DNA from: a virus
Reading direction: 5' to 3' (one strand)
DNA: 64,000 nt
Virus record (IMG/VR): IMGVR_UViG_3300045988_159959
In this document: piece by piece, positions 45,486-54,811 of the stretch
Position numbering within the stretch: position 1 is the stretch's first letter
Layout: each line of letters starts with the position of its first letter
The notes under the pieces: model-generated
Databases searched by the model: none
Told to the model about the DNA's origin: nothing
Seen by the model: the letters and a program-made list of their open reading frames with translations, nothing else
Position numbers and translations under genes: made by a program

Positions 45486-46184
45486 CTATCTGAACCCCAC
45501 AATTTCTGATTCTACACCTGGAAGTCCGTCAATAGAAGTCGGGTCACCAAGAGCAATGCTATCCACTTGATTCACTTTCCCAAAGATGATCTTTCCGAGT
45601 AAAGACGTATCCACCAATCCCGGTACTATTTCTTCTGACGATAAATCAAGTCCGATAGAACGAATGAAAATAGGTGTCGGCATCAGATTGTTTTGCATCA
45701 TAAGCTCCTTCATGGTAAATTCTATTTTAAGGAACTGTGAAGCTAAAGTATCCCAAGAGCCAAGTAGTAATGCGTACAGAATCTCTGACATCAGGATTGA
45801 TTCATTCATGTTTACAGAAAAGCACATGATTTCCAATCCGTACTGCCTTGTGTCCCTATACATAGGAACGCCACCCATAAAAGATTCTATTTTACCTATA
45901 GAATTGGCGATACCACCTGTCTTTCCGGGTTCCCGAATAACGTATGCTGGCAATCCTGTTTTGTCTTTCGGATATTCCAAAACTACCTTTATATTGTTCG
46001 GGTTTGTTTCTTTTCTTAAAAAGATATTTTTTGCTTGTTCATAATAATTGAAAGAGCCGTCCTGTGTATCTCCCAATACTTTATACAAGAAAGAATCTTT
46101 TTCGTTTTCCTTGCTTTCGAAGTCCGTTTGTACATATTCCAAACAGGCTTCCACTATCTTTTTTATTTTGACTATCTGTAACAT
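45486..46184 (-). CDS. neck/tail-completion module protein (position-based)
   Basis: 232-aa ORF between the head and sheath genes. Confidence 0.35.
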   Translation of the reverse strand: MLQIVKIKKIVEACLEYVQTDFESKENEKDSFLYKVLGDTQDGSFNYYEQAKNIFLRKETNPNNIKVVLEYPKDKTGLPAYVIREPGKTGGIANSIGKIESFMGGVPMYRDTRQYGLEIMCFSVNMNESILMSEILYALLLGSWDTLASQFLKIEFTMKELMMQNNLMPTPIFIRSIGLDLSSEEIVPGLVDTSLLGKIIFGKVNQVDSIALGDPTSIDGLPGVESEIVGFR

Positions 46185-46186
46185 CG

Positions 46187-46954
46187 TTACATCGCATTTA
46201 AAAATTGATCAATCACTTTATCTGCAACAACATCTATCTTTGCTTGTTCAAGAGCTTTGTCCATAAGTTTATATGGAACAATGCCACCATTCCACCAACT
46301 ATTAGGATCAGAGTTTTCACTTACCCTTCTCCATGTAAAGTAACCGCTTCTCTTTTCTTTTTCAGTAGAAGCAATATTTACTTTAGTTAGACCCTGATAA
46401 ATAGGAGCTTTGTGCATGTAAGCAGGTTTATTTACACCCAGCCTATTTATTGCTTTTCTTTGTCCTTTTTCAGAAAAACTTTCTGGTAAATTACCGCTTC
46501 CTAATCTTCCTGTCTTCTGAACTGCGTTATAAATTTGTTGCGGCATTATAGAAGCAAACAATCCCGAATCCGCTACAGCTTCCGGTGTTGCATGTCTAAA
46601 GGGAATATCTATATACCAACCTCCATCCTGCGCTGTTTTCTTTTTTGGGGAATTTCTAAAACCTTCCTTTTCATCAAAAGGCGGCTGTCCTTCTTCTATC
46701 ATCAAAGGAATAGAAGAAGCCCTGTTTGTCAACCCGAATGTAACCGACAAAGGGGATTCTCTTTCAATGAAAACTCCCCTTTTATACTCATTTCTTGTAG
46801 TACGAAGTTCCCGGCTTATCAGATTTTCCCACCTAAGCTGATATTCAGTTATAACAGCATCTATAATAGAAGCACCTAAAAACGTAGATTGATCCTGTGA
46901 AAGATCAAATTCTTCCACCAAATCACTTAAATCTATGTTGATAGGCACTATCAT
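46187..46954 (-). CDS. neck/head-tail joining module protein (position-based)
   Basis: 255-aa ORF. Confidence 0.35.
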   Translation of the reverse strand: MIVPINIDLSDLVEEFDLSQDQSTFLGASIIDAVITEYQLRWENLISRELRTTRNEYKRGVFIERESPLSVTFGLTNRASSIPLMIEEGQPPFDEKEGFRNSPKKKTAQDGGWYIDIPFRHATPEAVADSGLFASIMPQQIYNAVQKTGRLGSGNLPESFSEKGQRKAINRLGVNKPAYMHKAPIYQGLTKVNIASTEKEKRSGYFTWRRVSENSDPNSWWNGGIVPYKLMDKALEQAKIDVVADKVIDQFLNAM

Positions 46955-47745
46955 TACTCACTCACTTTCATCTGAATATTGTCGTTCAAAATAACTCCCG
47001 ATCCATCAAAATTAGGTTTTTCAGACACAATCAAATGCGTTCTCCTTGCCACCGCTTGAATAGGGAGCCTTGTTCTTTCCAATTGTCCCGTTTCCTTGTT
47101 TTTCTTCCAAGAAGCCCGGACTTCATGAGGAAAGTCCAGTACATGAAATTCCAATTGATGTTGGTAATAAATACTTACAACCGGATTTAAGGACATATCA
47201 GCCGTCAAAATTACGCAATAAGGGTTTGTATCACTTATCTTATAATCTGCCGGAGAAAGCTGTCTCAAAGGCTCTGTAGACGATTCAAACACATGTATGC
47301 TATAAATGCTCAATGGTTTGTAAGTCGTAAACACAAAAAAGTTCTCCCCATCCGTTCTTACAGGCAAATTTTCGCTAAAATAAGAGAACTCTTTTAAAAT
47401 TGTGATCCGGTCAAAATACCCTAAATTGGGTTTATCAACATCTGTTACTGTTATGTTAATTGTCCCTATCAGTTCTTCCGACCAACGTTTGTAACTATTA
47501 TCCCCGTTTATGCCGGTTATAAGAGCATGAGTGTTTGTAGGGTTGATATAGAAATAACCTGTACCAAAACAATTCTGGCAATCCACTAAAGGCGCATCCG
47601 GTGCATTACAAGGACATCTTAACGCCTTTTCCAATATCACCTCATACCCTTTCAAATAAACGGCAGAATCAAACTCTGAACGTATAAATTCAGGACTTGC
47701 ATTACTCAAAGGCGGAACCGGTGTTTGTAAAATGCTCTTTGACAT
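46954..47745 (-). CDS. neck module protein with a CxC...CxxC motif
   Basis: 263-aa ORF containing CPCNAPDAPLVDCQNCFGTGY. Confidence 0.35.
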   Translation of the reverse strand: MSKSILQTPVPPLSNASPEFIRSEFDSAVYLKGYEVILEKALRCPCNAPDAPLVDCQNCFGTGYFYINPTNTHALITGINGDNSYKRWSEELIGTINITVTDVDKPNLGYFDRITILKEFSYFSENLPVRTDGENFFVFTTYKPLSIYSIHVFESSTEPLRQLSPADYKISDTNPYCVILTADMSLNPVVSIYYQHQLEFHVLDFPHEVRASWKKNKETGQLERTRLPIQAVARRTHLIVSEKPNFDGSGVILNDNIQMKVSE

Positions 47746-47756
47746 GATTCACCTCC

Positions 47757-48563
47757 TTATAATACTAAAAGCCTAAATTCATCGTACACAAGTTTTATCC
47801 GCCCTACAGTTTCCTCTATTTCTTTTTGATACTGTTTCAAGCGTGCCCCGTAACCTGCATTTTCAGCAGAAGCGGTAGAGTTGATAGATTGTCTTAATCC
47901 ATCTATTTCCAAGTGCATAGAAGCTATACCGGGTAAACTGAATATCATATCTCCGGCAATATTAAGCGGGCCAAATGAAGCAAGTTTACCAACAAGATTA
48001 ATCAAATCGGCAGGCATTTTATCCAAATCAAAACCGGTTATATATTGAATGTCCCAATAGTCCGGTATGTTTGTAAACCGTTGAAAGCCTATCTGCGTAG
48101 TCATTCCGGTAAGGATAACATCTGCATTTGCATTAACCGAATTTGCACCGGTAGGAACGACACTCATTCTTCGTTTCCCTATCCCGTCCATATCTTTCTC
48201 ACAACTAAGCCAACCTTGCGGGTAAATAATCTGCTCCATCTTATTAAGCATACCTGTAAGTGCAAGCGGAACCCTTACCGGACAGTTAGTTTGAATGATA
48301 GGAAATTGCTGGAAATAATCTGTTCTGTAATAAGAATGCGTTTCCGATTCAACTAATTGCTTTACAAATTTGAGATTAAAATAATTCTCGATCTCTCTCT
48401 GTGCAGCACTCAAATAAGTTCTAAGTGATTCATCAGAAAAAGAAGTCCCCGTACCGGCTTGTATAGCGATACCGTACAGGTAATTGTTCCACATCTCCGC
48501 AACGGAAATAACAGAACCCGTATTTTTCTTATACTTTACTGTAAAAATCAGTTGTCCCGGCAT
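47757..48563 (-). CDS. head-tail connector module protein (position-based)
   Basis: 268-aa ORF. Confidence 0.35.
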   Translation of the reverse strand: MPGQLIFTVKYKKNTGSVISVAEMWNNYLYGIAIQAGTGTSFSDESLRTYLSAAQREIENYFNLKFVKQLVESETHSYYRTDYFQQFPIIQTNCPVRVPLALTGMLNKMEQIIYPQGWLSCEKDMDGIGKRRMSVVPTGANSVNANADVILTGMTTQIGFQRFTNIPDYWDIQYITGFDLDKMPADLINLVGKLASFGPLNIAGDMIFSLPGIASMHLEIDGLRQSINSTASAENAGYGARLKQYQKEIEETVGRIKLVYDEFRLLVL

Positions 48564-48578
48564 AGCTCAAATATCTTT

Positions 48579-49142
48579 TTACTTTTTGGGTAACGCAATT
48601 ATAGCATCAATCAGTTCGTCTTTCTGATCTTCTTCTTTGAATCTTCCGGCTTTCTGCTTGCTCATTCCGTTTTCAATAGCAAGTGCCTTCAAATCATCAA
48701 AAGTCATTTTAGACATATCTTCCTTTAAGGAAGCAATTTCTTCTTCGGTTGCTGTGTTTTCTCCGACGGCGTCTTCCACAATTTCCTTCGGCTGTCCGCC
48801 ATTAGACAATCTTTCAACCTCTTTTTTCCACACATTCAAAGACTGTTCCAACTGTTCAATCTTTTTGTTCTTGTCTTTGATGATACCGTTCAAACGAGCA
48901 ATTTCAAACTCATATTCTTCTTTCAGAACTTTAAGAGCTTCATCGGTATCTTTTTCAGCTTCCGTTTTTTCTTTTTCAAGTTTTTCCGCTTCTTCTTCCA
49001 AAGCAATACCGGGGAAACCACCATTTTTGATGTATTCCCAAGTTTCATCCTTTACTTCGGCTTTCCCGTTTTCAAACTCCACAAGTTCATTCAAAAACTG
49101 AATGGTAGTGTTTTTATATACTGTTGATACAATCTTTTTCAT
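48579..49142 (-). CDS. acidic coiled-coil protein downstream of the capsid gene
   Basis: 187-aa E/K-rich ORF. Confidence 0.4.
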   Translation of the reverse strand: MKKIVSTVYKNTTIQFLNELVEFENGKAEVKDETWEYIKNGGFPGIALEEEAEKLEKEKTEAEKDTDEALKVLKEEYEFEIARLNGIIKDKNKKIEQLEQSLNVWKKEVERLSNGGQPKEIVEDAVGENTATEEEIASLKEDMSKMTFDDLKALAIENGMSKQKAGRFKEEDQKDELIDAIIALPKK

Positions 49143-49171
49143 ACGAAATATAATTATTGATAAATAAAATA

Positions 49172-49204
49172 GGGAAGGAAGGCGTTATAAAACCTTTCCT
49201 TCCC
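49172..49204 (-). terminator. Strong terminator after the major capsid gene
   Basis: GGGAAGGAAGG-10 nt-CCTTTCCTTCCC (11 bp with one bulge), followed on the minus strand by tattttattt. Confidence 0.65.
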
Positions 49205-49230
49205 TTATTAATTTGCCAAGACAACTGTCT

Positions 49231-50766
49231 TTAAGCACCCAAACCTTCGTCACCGATATTGATAATACGGCAAATCTTAGCCGGCTGATACAAACACGGC
49301 GTACCGTAGTTCAAGATAGCGAATCTACGAGACGGTGCAGTGATAGCAAAGTCAAGTTTGCGAGTGTCACCGAACTGCAAGTATTCGTTGATCTCACTGT
49401 CGTTGTAGTAAATCAAAGCAGACTTCGTACCTGCAATGATACGGTTACGGTCACGAACCTTACCGGCATCAGCACCATCATATCCAGCAGTCAACATAGA
49501 AGCCGGGATAGTGAAGATAGGATAGTATTCTGTCGTGTCGGTCAAAGCAGTTACTTCCTTGGTACGATAGATAACGTAGCAAGTAGGAGCATAAGCACCA
49601 CCAACCGGAGCGGTAAACTGCAAATCAACAGACTGATTAGCTGCAACTGCCAAAGCAGTATCCGTCAATTTCAAAGGAGCAGATTCACCATAACGGTTCT
49701 TAGCTGTTACCAAGTAGCCATAAGAGCCGGCATGTAATACGAAGTTGGTCTTTGCATCGGCAACAACGGCAGACTTGGTAGCACCGGCAACAGGAACGCC
49801 CGGAGCCTTCGGAGAAGAAGCTGTAGCAGAAGCCTTGATCGGACGGCGAACATCAAAGAACTTGTCGCTCTTAACAGAAACCTTACCGAACTGCGTCATG
49901 ATGTCGTTTACAGACTGTCCCATTGTTGCGCCTACAACGCTGTTAGACATACCGACAACAACACGTTTTGATTCATGGAATTTCTTCACATAGTTGTTGA
50001 ATACAACCGGTGCAGAAACGATACGGTCAATATAACCGTTATAAACGTTTACAACGCGATCGGCAGCATCTTCAACCAAAACATCTGTCAAGATACCGTT
50101 CTGTGCGTCAATTACAGCCGGAGAGCCATAATAAGCATCCAAAATCTGTTCTGTGCTCATACCTTCCGTAGAACCACGGTCAGTAGAAGCTACACCCATC
50201 ATGTGCTGACGGAAGATACCATCAAACTGTTCTGTAATACAAGTAGAATCAGCATCCGTCAAGCGAGTGTCAATCAAAGTCAAAAGCAAAGTGGTCTTGT
50301 TCTGTACCTCACGAGTGTACATATTCATACCACCAGCAAGTTTAGCAAGCATAGCCGGATCAGTTACCTGACCTGTAACGCCCATAAACTTAGAGATGAT
50401 TGATTTACGGATGTATTGAGTATCTGTTTCTTCCGGTGTTTCACCTTCAAGATTGAAGATACCAATTTCTTCACCATATTTGTACAACTGGTTGTACTGG
50501 TGAACCGTATTTTCAATTCTCTGTTTCGGCATTTCGTTATAAACAACCAACTGGTTCAAACGGTTAGCCAAAACCTTAATGTAAGCATCCAAAGATTCAA
50601 CTTTCAGACCACCACCATTGTTGATCTGATTGTCATATTGCATACCGGTCTGCAAACCGGCTTCCATTGCTTTCAGCACATCAGCAGTATTGTCAGCACC
50701 ACCAAAAGCAGCCAAATCGTTATAATTGTACAAATCCATTGTTCTATAATGTTTTATATTTTTCAA
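49231..50766 (-). CDS. Major capsid protein
   Basis: 511 aa. It directly follows the protease and scaffold genes and is followed by the strongest hairpin terminator in the window. Confidence 0.6.
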   Translation of the reverse strand: MKNIKHYRTMDLYNYNDLAAFGGADNTADVLKAMEAGLQTGMQYDNQINNGGGLKVESLDAYIKVLANRLNQLVVYNEMPKQRIENTVHQYNQLYKYGEEIGIFNLEGETPEETDTQYIRKSIISKFMGVTGQVTDPAMLAKLAGGMNMYTREVQNKTTLLLTLIDTRLTDADSTCITEQFDGIFRQHMMGVASTDRGSTEGMSTEQILDAYYGSPAVIDAQNGILTDVLVEDAADRVVNVYNGYIDRIVSAPVVFNNYVKKFHESKRVVVGMSNSVVGATMGQSVNDIMTQFGKVSVKSDKFFDVRRPIKASATASSPKAPGVPVAGATKSAVVADAKTNFVLHAGSYGYLVTAKNRYGESAPLKLTDTALAVAANQSVDLQFTAPVGGAYAPTCYVIYRTKEVTALTDTTEYYPIFTIPASMLTAGYDGADAGKVRDRNRIIAGTKSALIYYNDSEINEYLQFGDTRKLDFAITAPSRRFAILNYGTPCLYQPAKICRIINIGDEGLGA

Positions 50767-50778
50767 TCGAAATATTCC

Positions 50779-51465
50779 TTACTTCTGGAGCTTGATATTG
50801 TACTTTTCGTACATGAATTTTGCCAAATCCTTACCTACCGTATCGGCTTCAGTATTTGCCAAGAAAACCAAAGCATCGTCACCGATTGACTTTTCAAGTT
50901 CCTCTCCGGCATTTTCAATAGCCTTGTTGATAGCAGCCATCACTAAAGGACGTTGTTTTGTAACAGAAAGAAGTGTCTTGCCTTCTTCGTCAACTTCCGG
51001 CTTCATTGCTTTTTCCAAAACAGCGGAAGTCTGAACGCCTTTGAAAGAAGGTGTCTGTGCGCCAAAAGATTCCAAAGATTTTTCAATGTTGCCAAAACGT
51101 TCGTTCATGACTTCTGTCATACCCTTAACGATGTTAGCAGCCAAAGAAGCACCGAAAGCCTTCATATCATCCATAGAGAAAGATTTCTCAACCTTATCCT
51201 CTTTTTCTTTGATATCTTCTTTCAAATCCTTCTTGTCTTTTTCATCTTCTTTTTCGTCCTTTTTCAAATCGTCAATGTGCTTTTTGTCATTTTCGATATT
51301 CTTATCCTCTTTCTTTTCAGATTCTTTCATATCGGCAACACTTTTCGATTTTTCAAAAGTCACATCTCCGTTCGCTACCATAGTAGCGATATCTTCTGCA
51401 CTGAAACCAGAATTTTCAAGTGCCTTGTATAACGGATCGTCTTTAAATTCTTTTACGTCTACCAT
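50779..51465 (-). CDS. Scaffolding protein
   Basis: 228 aa, highly charged (KKEDKNIENDKKHIDDLKKDEKEDEKDKKDLKEDIKEKEDK), located between the protease and capsid genes. Confidence 0.55.
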   Translation of the reverse strand: MVDVKEFKDDPLYKALENSGFSAEDIATMVANGDVTFEKSKSVADMKESEKKEDKNIENDKKHIDDLKKDEKEDEKDKKDLKEDIKEKEDKVEKSFSMDDMKAFGASLAANIVKGMTEVMNERFGNIEKSLESFGAQTPSFKGVQTSAVLEKAMKPEVDEEGKTLLSVTKQRPLVMAAINKAIENAGEELEKSIGDDALVFLANTEADTVGKDLAKFMYEKYNIKLQK

Positions 51466-51483
51466 AACATTATGTATAAAAAA

Positions 51484-52224
51484 TTATTGTCGAACTTTTT
51501 CTACGAATGTATCTAAAACACTTTTTTCAACTCTACCTTCTTGAACCGCACGATAAATCTCCCAAAAAGCATCAACATCAAAAGAATGTGATTTTTGAAA
51601 ATTCACCTTGAAATTATTGTCAATCTGGACAAGTCCATTCTCTGTGCAATATTCAAAAAGAATAGTTGATTTTTGTATTTCCAACAAATCATTCACACTA
51701 CCACCCTTACTTTTTTCGATATCCAAATAGGTCTTAGTGTTGACCGGTGTCATTGTAAGGGCAATGTTTGTAATAAGAGCTTTTGTTACTCTTTTAGGAT
51801 TTTTCTTATCCCGTTCCAACGCTTTACCTTCTACGCTCATACCCGGTTTTCTTGTCGAACCCGATTCTTGCATTTCAATTGCCTTATCCCAAAAGGCACG
51901 GGCTTCCGGCGACTTTTCCCACAATTTACCTTTTACAAAAAACTTATTGTCTTTCACATAGGCTTCAATAGGTTCACCGATCCAAAAACGACTTTTGTTA
52001 ATAGGTGAACGTGTGGGTAAATGATCAAGATTAAATAAACCGGATTTCAGGAATCTATCATATATAAACCCGGACGGTTCCAATACTTCTTCTTCATCGT
52101 CTTTTGAAGAATCAGAAGCGACACCAGAGAATACCATATTTGCATACGGAGACTGTTGTTCCGATACCGCACTTTTGGCTTTCTCCAAGTCCAAATCTAC
52201 ATATAATTTAAAACTATCAAACAT
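51484..52224 (-). CDS. Prohead maturation protease (HK97/S78-like, position- and size-based)
   Basis: 246-aa ORF upstream of the scaffold and capsid genes. Confidence 0.45.
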   Translation of the reverse strand: MFDSFKLYVDLDLEKAKSAVSEQQSPYANMVFSGVASDSSKDDEEEVLEPSGFIYDRFLKSGLFNLDHLPTRSPINKSRFWIGEPIEAYVKDNKFFVKGKLWEKSPEARAFWDKAIEMQESGSTRKPGMSVEGKALERDKKNPKRVTKALITNIALTMTPVNTKTYLDIEKSKGGSVNDLLEIQKSTILFEYCTENGLVQIDNNFKVNFQKSHSFDVDAFWEIYRAVQEGRVEKSVLDTFVEKVRQ

Positions 52225-52265
52225 TTTTGATTGATTGAAATTGAAATAAACGTATTAGTAACACT

Positions 52266-52284
52266 CAAAAATACTGCAAAATTA
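52266..52284 (-). promoter_or_regulatory. Two adjacent putative -7 boxes (TATTTTTG, TAATTTTG on the minus strand)
   Basis: In the 128-nt gap upstream of the protease ATG at 52224. Confidence 0.3.
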
Positions 52285-52352
52285 GAGATAAATGGCAATA
52301 ACCCAATATTTTAACTTTTATTAATAATTATCGCAATCTATCTCCAAACGCC

Positions 52353-54326
52353 TTAGTGCAGTTGTAATCTATATTTAGACTGTTTGAGTGTTGCAAGAAA
52401 ATCGTCAATCCAGCTTATTTCCCCAATATATTCGTCCTTTTCGGCAAGTTCTTTTCTGAACTCAATCGTTTTGTCAAATATCATCTGGCAAATAGCAACC
52501 GGATCATCTTCTTTCACTTCGTCCCCTTGAATTTCTCCATCTTTGAATCGTCCAAATCCTGACTGTCCGGCTTCTGCAATCTTATCCTCAAATTCTGAAA
52601 CTTCTTCTGAAAGTTCATCGAGGTAAACATGCTTGGAATTATCTTCCTCGCCCCAATGAATGTTTTTAAGACGTGTTTTAGCACCTTCCAGAAAATTGAG
52701 ATAAGTGTTGAAAATACTCTTATCAGTCTTTTTGGACTTTTCAATTTCTTCAATTTCTCTGTTTTCTGGGGACAATTCGTCTTCTGTCGATTTTCGAATG
52801 TTTTCTGTTTTAGTAACATTTTCAAGACGAAACTTGCCGTTCCATTTCCATTCCTGTTCCCCGTTTTCTTCTGTCTTAATAACAATGGAAAAAGGCTTAC
52901 AAAGATTAGTCACCTTTTGAAGCGTACCTAAAAAATCAGCAAACTTATCTCCCTTTCCACCATCATTGTCAGAGAAATTTACATGAAACTCACCATAAGT
53001 ATATTTGTTCGGTTCTTCTGCCACTTCAATTTCTTTTTCTTCATAAACGGTTCTCTTAAAAGTAATAGCTTTTTCGATACCTTCTCCCACACCATCCTCT
53101 GTACGGACAATGTTTTTAGTTTCACCGTTCAAAGATTCACGCTGCAATACCTGTGCGTCTGCCGTATCCATAGTTTTTTCTACTTTCCAATCTTCCGGCA
53201 ATTCATCTTCCAGATTAAGTTCCTTTGCCCGTTTCTTAATCCATTTCTTTACTTCTTCTTTTGGCATAGAAGAACTACCGGACAAACGAATAGCATCTTT
53301 CAAATCCTGCCGATTACGAATAGGATATTTACCATTAGGCATTGCTTCACCTTTCTTTGCCAAATCCTTTCTTTCTTCATGAGTGAAAGAAGTTTTGTTT
53401 GCCGACTTTTCAAGTTTTTCAGGATTCTTTTCACAATAGGAGGTGAACACATCCTTTGAAATTTTACCCTCTTTGAAAGATTTCATTACCAACTGAAATT
53501 CATCCGGCACTTCAATACCAAGAATACGCTTGATATTGTCTTTCATGTCAAAAATGAAATTGTACAGATCAAGTTCAGTATGAGGATTGATCCACTCGCT
53601 ACCCGTTTCTTCCTCTCCATCCACAAGAATGTTTGCAGGAGTATCAGGATCAATATAGCACATGAAATAGTGAATCTCAATGTCCTTCTTCTTTGGAATA
53701 TATTTGCCAACCGGTATCAGAAGTTCTTCCGACATATCAATACCAGTTTCCTCAAACAGTTCTCTTTTGGCAGCTTGCAAGAAAGTTTCTCCCGGATCAA
53801 CATGTCCGCCCGGAATACACCAATCATTCGAGACTGCACCCTTTTCTCCCACACGATTCAAAATAAGAAGTTTGTCACCTCTAAAAACAAGCACGTCTGC
53901 AAACCGAACTTTTCCCTGTTTTGCTTTGAACAGATCAAAATAAACAGACTTCTTGATCAAACCCTGCTTCCATAATTCCCGGCAATTTTCAAGTTGACGA
54001 ATATCTTTTGCCATTTCAGCAAATTCTTCATCATTTTCCAACTTTGCAATGGATTTATGGATAGAATTTCTTCTCTTGTACACGTCCATCAAATCCTTAG
54101 ACTGTTGCTTCAAAAACTCATTAAAGCAGCTTTCTGCCTTTGCAACCGCATCAGCATCTTCGCTTCCTTTCAGTTCATCATACTGTGACTTCTGAATGGA
54201 ATAAATTTCACCAAGAGAACTTATTTCTTGGCTTATCTCTTTTCCTTTTTTAAGAAGTCCCCTGTATTCGGTTATTTTTTCATTTTGCGTCTGTAATCCG
54301 AGCAACGCTTTCAAATTCAAACCCAT
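52353..54326 (-). CDS. Multidomain head-module protein: coiled-coil, Nudix hydrolase, linker and Dps/ferritin-like C-terminal domain
   Basis: Perfect Nudix box GHVDPGETFLQAAKRELFEETGI (53739-53807). The C-terminal 121 aa, LKNIHWGEEDNSKHVYLDELSEEVSEFEDKIAEAG...WIDDFLATLKQSKYRL, follow the Dps pattern HW...H..L.E.....D.IAE. Confidence 0.55.
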   Translation of the reverse strand: MGLNLKALLGLQTQNEKITEYRGLLKKGKEISQEISSLGEIYSIQKSQYDELKGSEDADAVAKAESCFNEFLKQQSKDLMDVYKRRNSIHKSIAKLENDEEFAEMAKDIRQLENCRELWKQGLIKKSVYFDLFKAKQGKVRFADVLVFRGDKLLILNRVGEKGAVSNDWCIPGGHVDPGETFLQAAKRELFEETGIDMSEELLIPVGKYIPKKKDIEIHYFMCYIDPDTPANILVDGEEETGSEWINPHTELDLYNFIFDMKDNIKRILGIEVPDEFQLVMKSFKEGKISKDVFTSYCEKNPEKLEKSANKTSFTHEERKDLAKKGEAMPNGKYPIRNRQDLKDAIRLSGSSSMPKEEVKKWIKKRAKELNLEDELPEDWKVEKTMDTADAQVLQRESLNGETKNIVRTEDGVGEGIEKAITFKRTVYEEKEIEVAEEPNKYTYGEFHVNFSDNDGGKGDKFADFLGTLQKVTNLCKPFSIVIKTEENGEQEWKWNGKFRLENVTKTENIRKSTEDELSPENREIEEIEKSKKTDKSIFNTYLNFLEGAKTRLKNIHWGEEDNSKHVYLDELSEEVSEFEDKIAEAGQSGFGRFKDGEIQGDEVKEDDPVAICQMIFDKTIEFRKELAEKDEYIGEISWIDDFLATLKQSKYRLQLH

Positions 54327-54334
54327 ATCAGAAA

Positions 54335-54811
54335 TTATTTTTGTTTATCCTTACAAATTGTCATATCCGGCACACAAACATTATCTGCAAAATAAAAGTC
54401 CGGCTTATCAAGTTCAAAGGTATAGAAATATTGCGAAACATTTGCAATAGGTATCTGTATAATATTGGTTACTTTACCTTTACATCCATTCTTAAGCATA
54501 AGAACATCTCCCGGTTTTATCTTGTCTACTCTTTTTGTTTTGTTATGGCACAAAACATAGGAGCCATCCACCACTCTATGTAAAGCATCTTCTCGATATC
54601 CCTTTTCAAGAGTTTCATCTTCCGTAACATAGCATATATCAAAAATACGCGGAACAGAAGATAGTTCAAACTGTGTTACCTTTGTTACCCTTCTGTAGCC
54701 GGTAACAGTTTTTATCACATTCCCTACCTGAATATCTTTTATCCATTTTGAATTATCAACAGTAGGAATACTGATATAACCGGAATTAAAAATCGTTCTT
54801 TGTTTTATCAT
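54335..54811 (-). CDS. Free-standing Hint-like (intein-related) domain protein lacking the catalytic Cys and HN
   Basis: GYISIPTVDNSKWIKDIQVGNVIKT (block A-like), IKPGDVLMLKNG, and YFYTFELDKPDFYFADNVCV (block F/G-like). ATGA overlap with the upstream gene. Confidence 0.4.
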   Translation of the reverse strand: MIKQRTIFNSGYISIPTVDNSKWIKDIQVGNVIKTVTGYRRVTKVTQFELSSVPRIFDICYVTEDETLEKGYREDALHRVVDGSYVLCHNKTKRVDKIKPGDVLMLKNGCKGKVTNIIQIPIANVSQYFYTFELDKPDFYFADNVCVPDMTICKDKQK

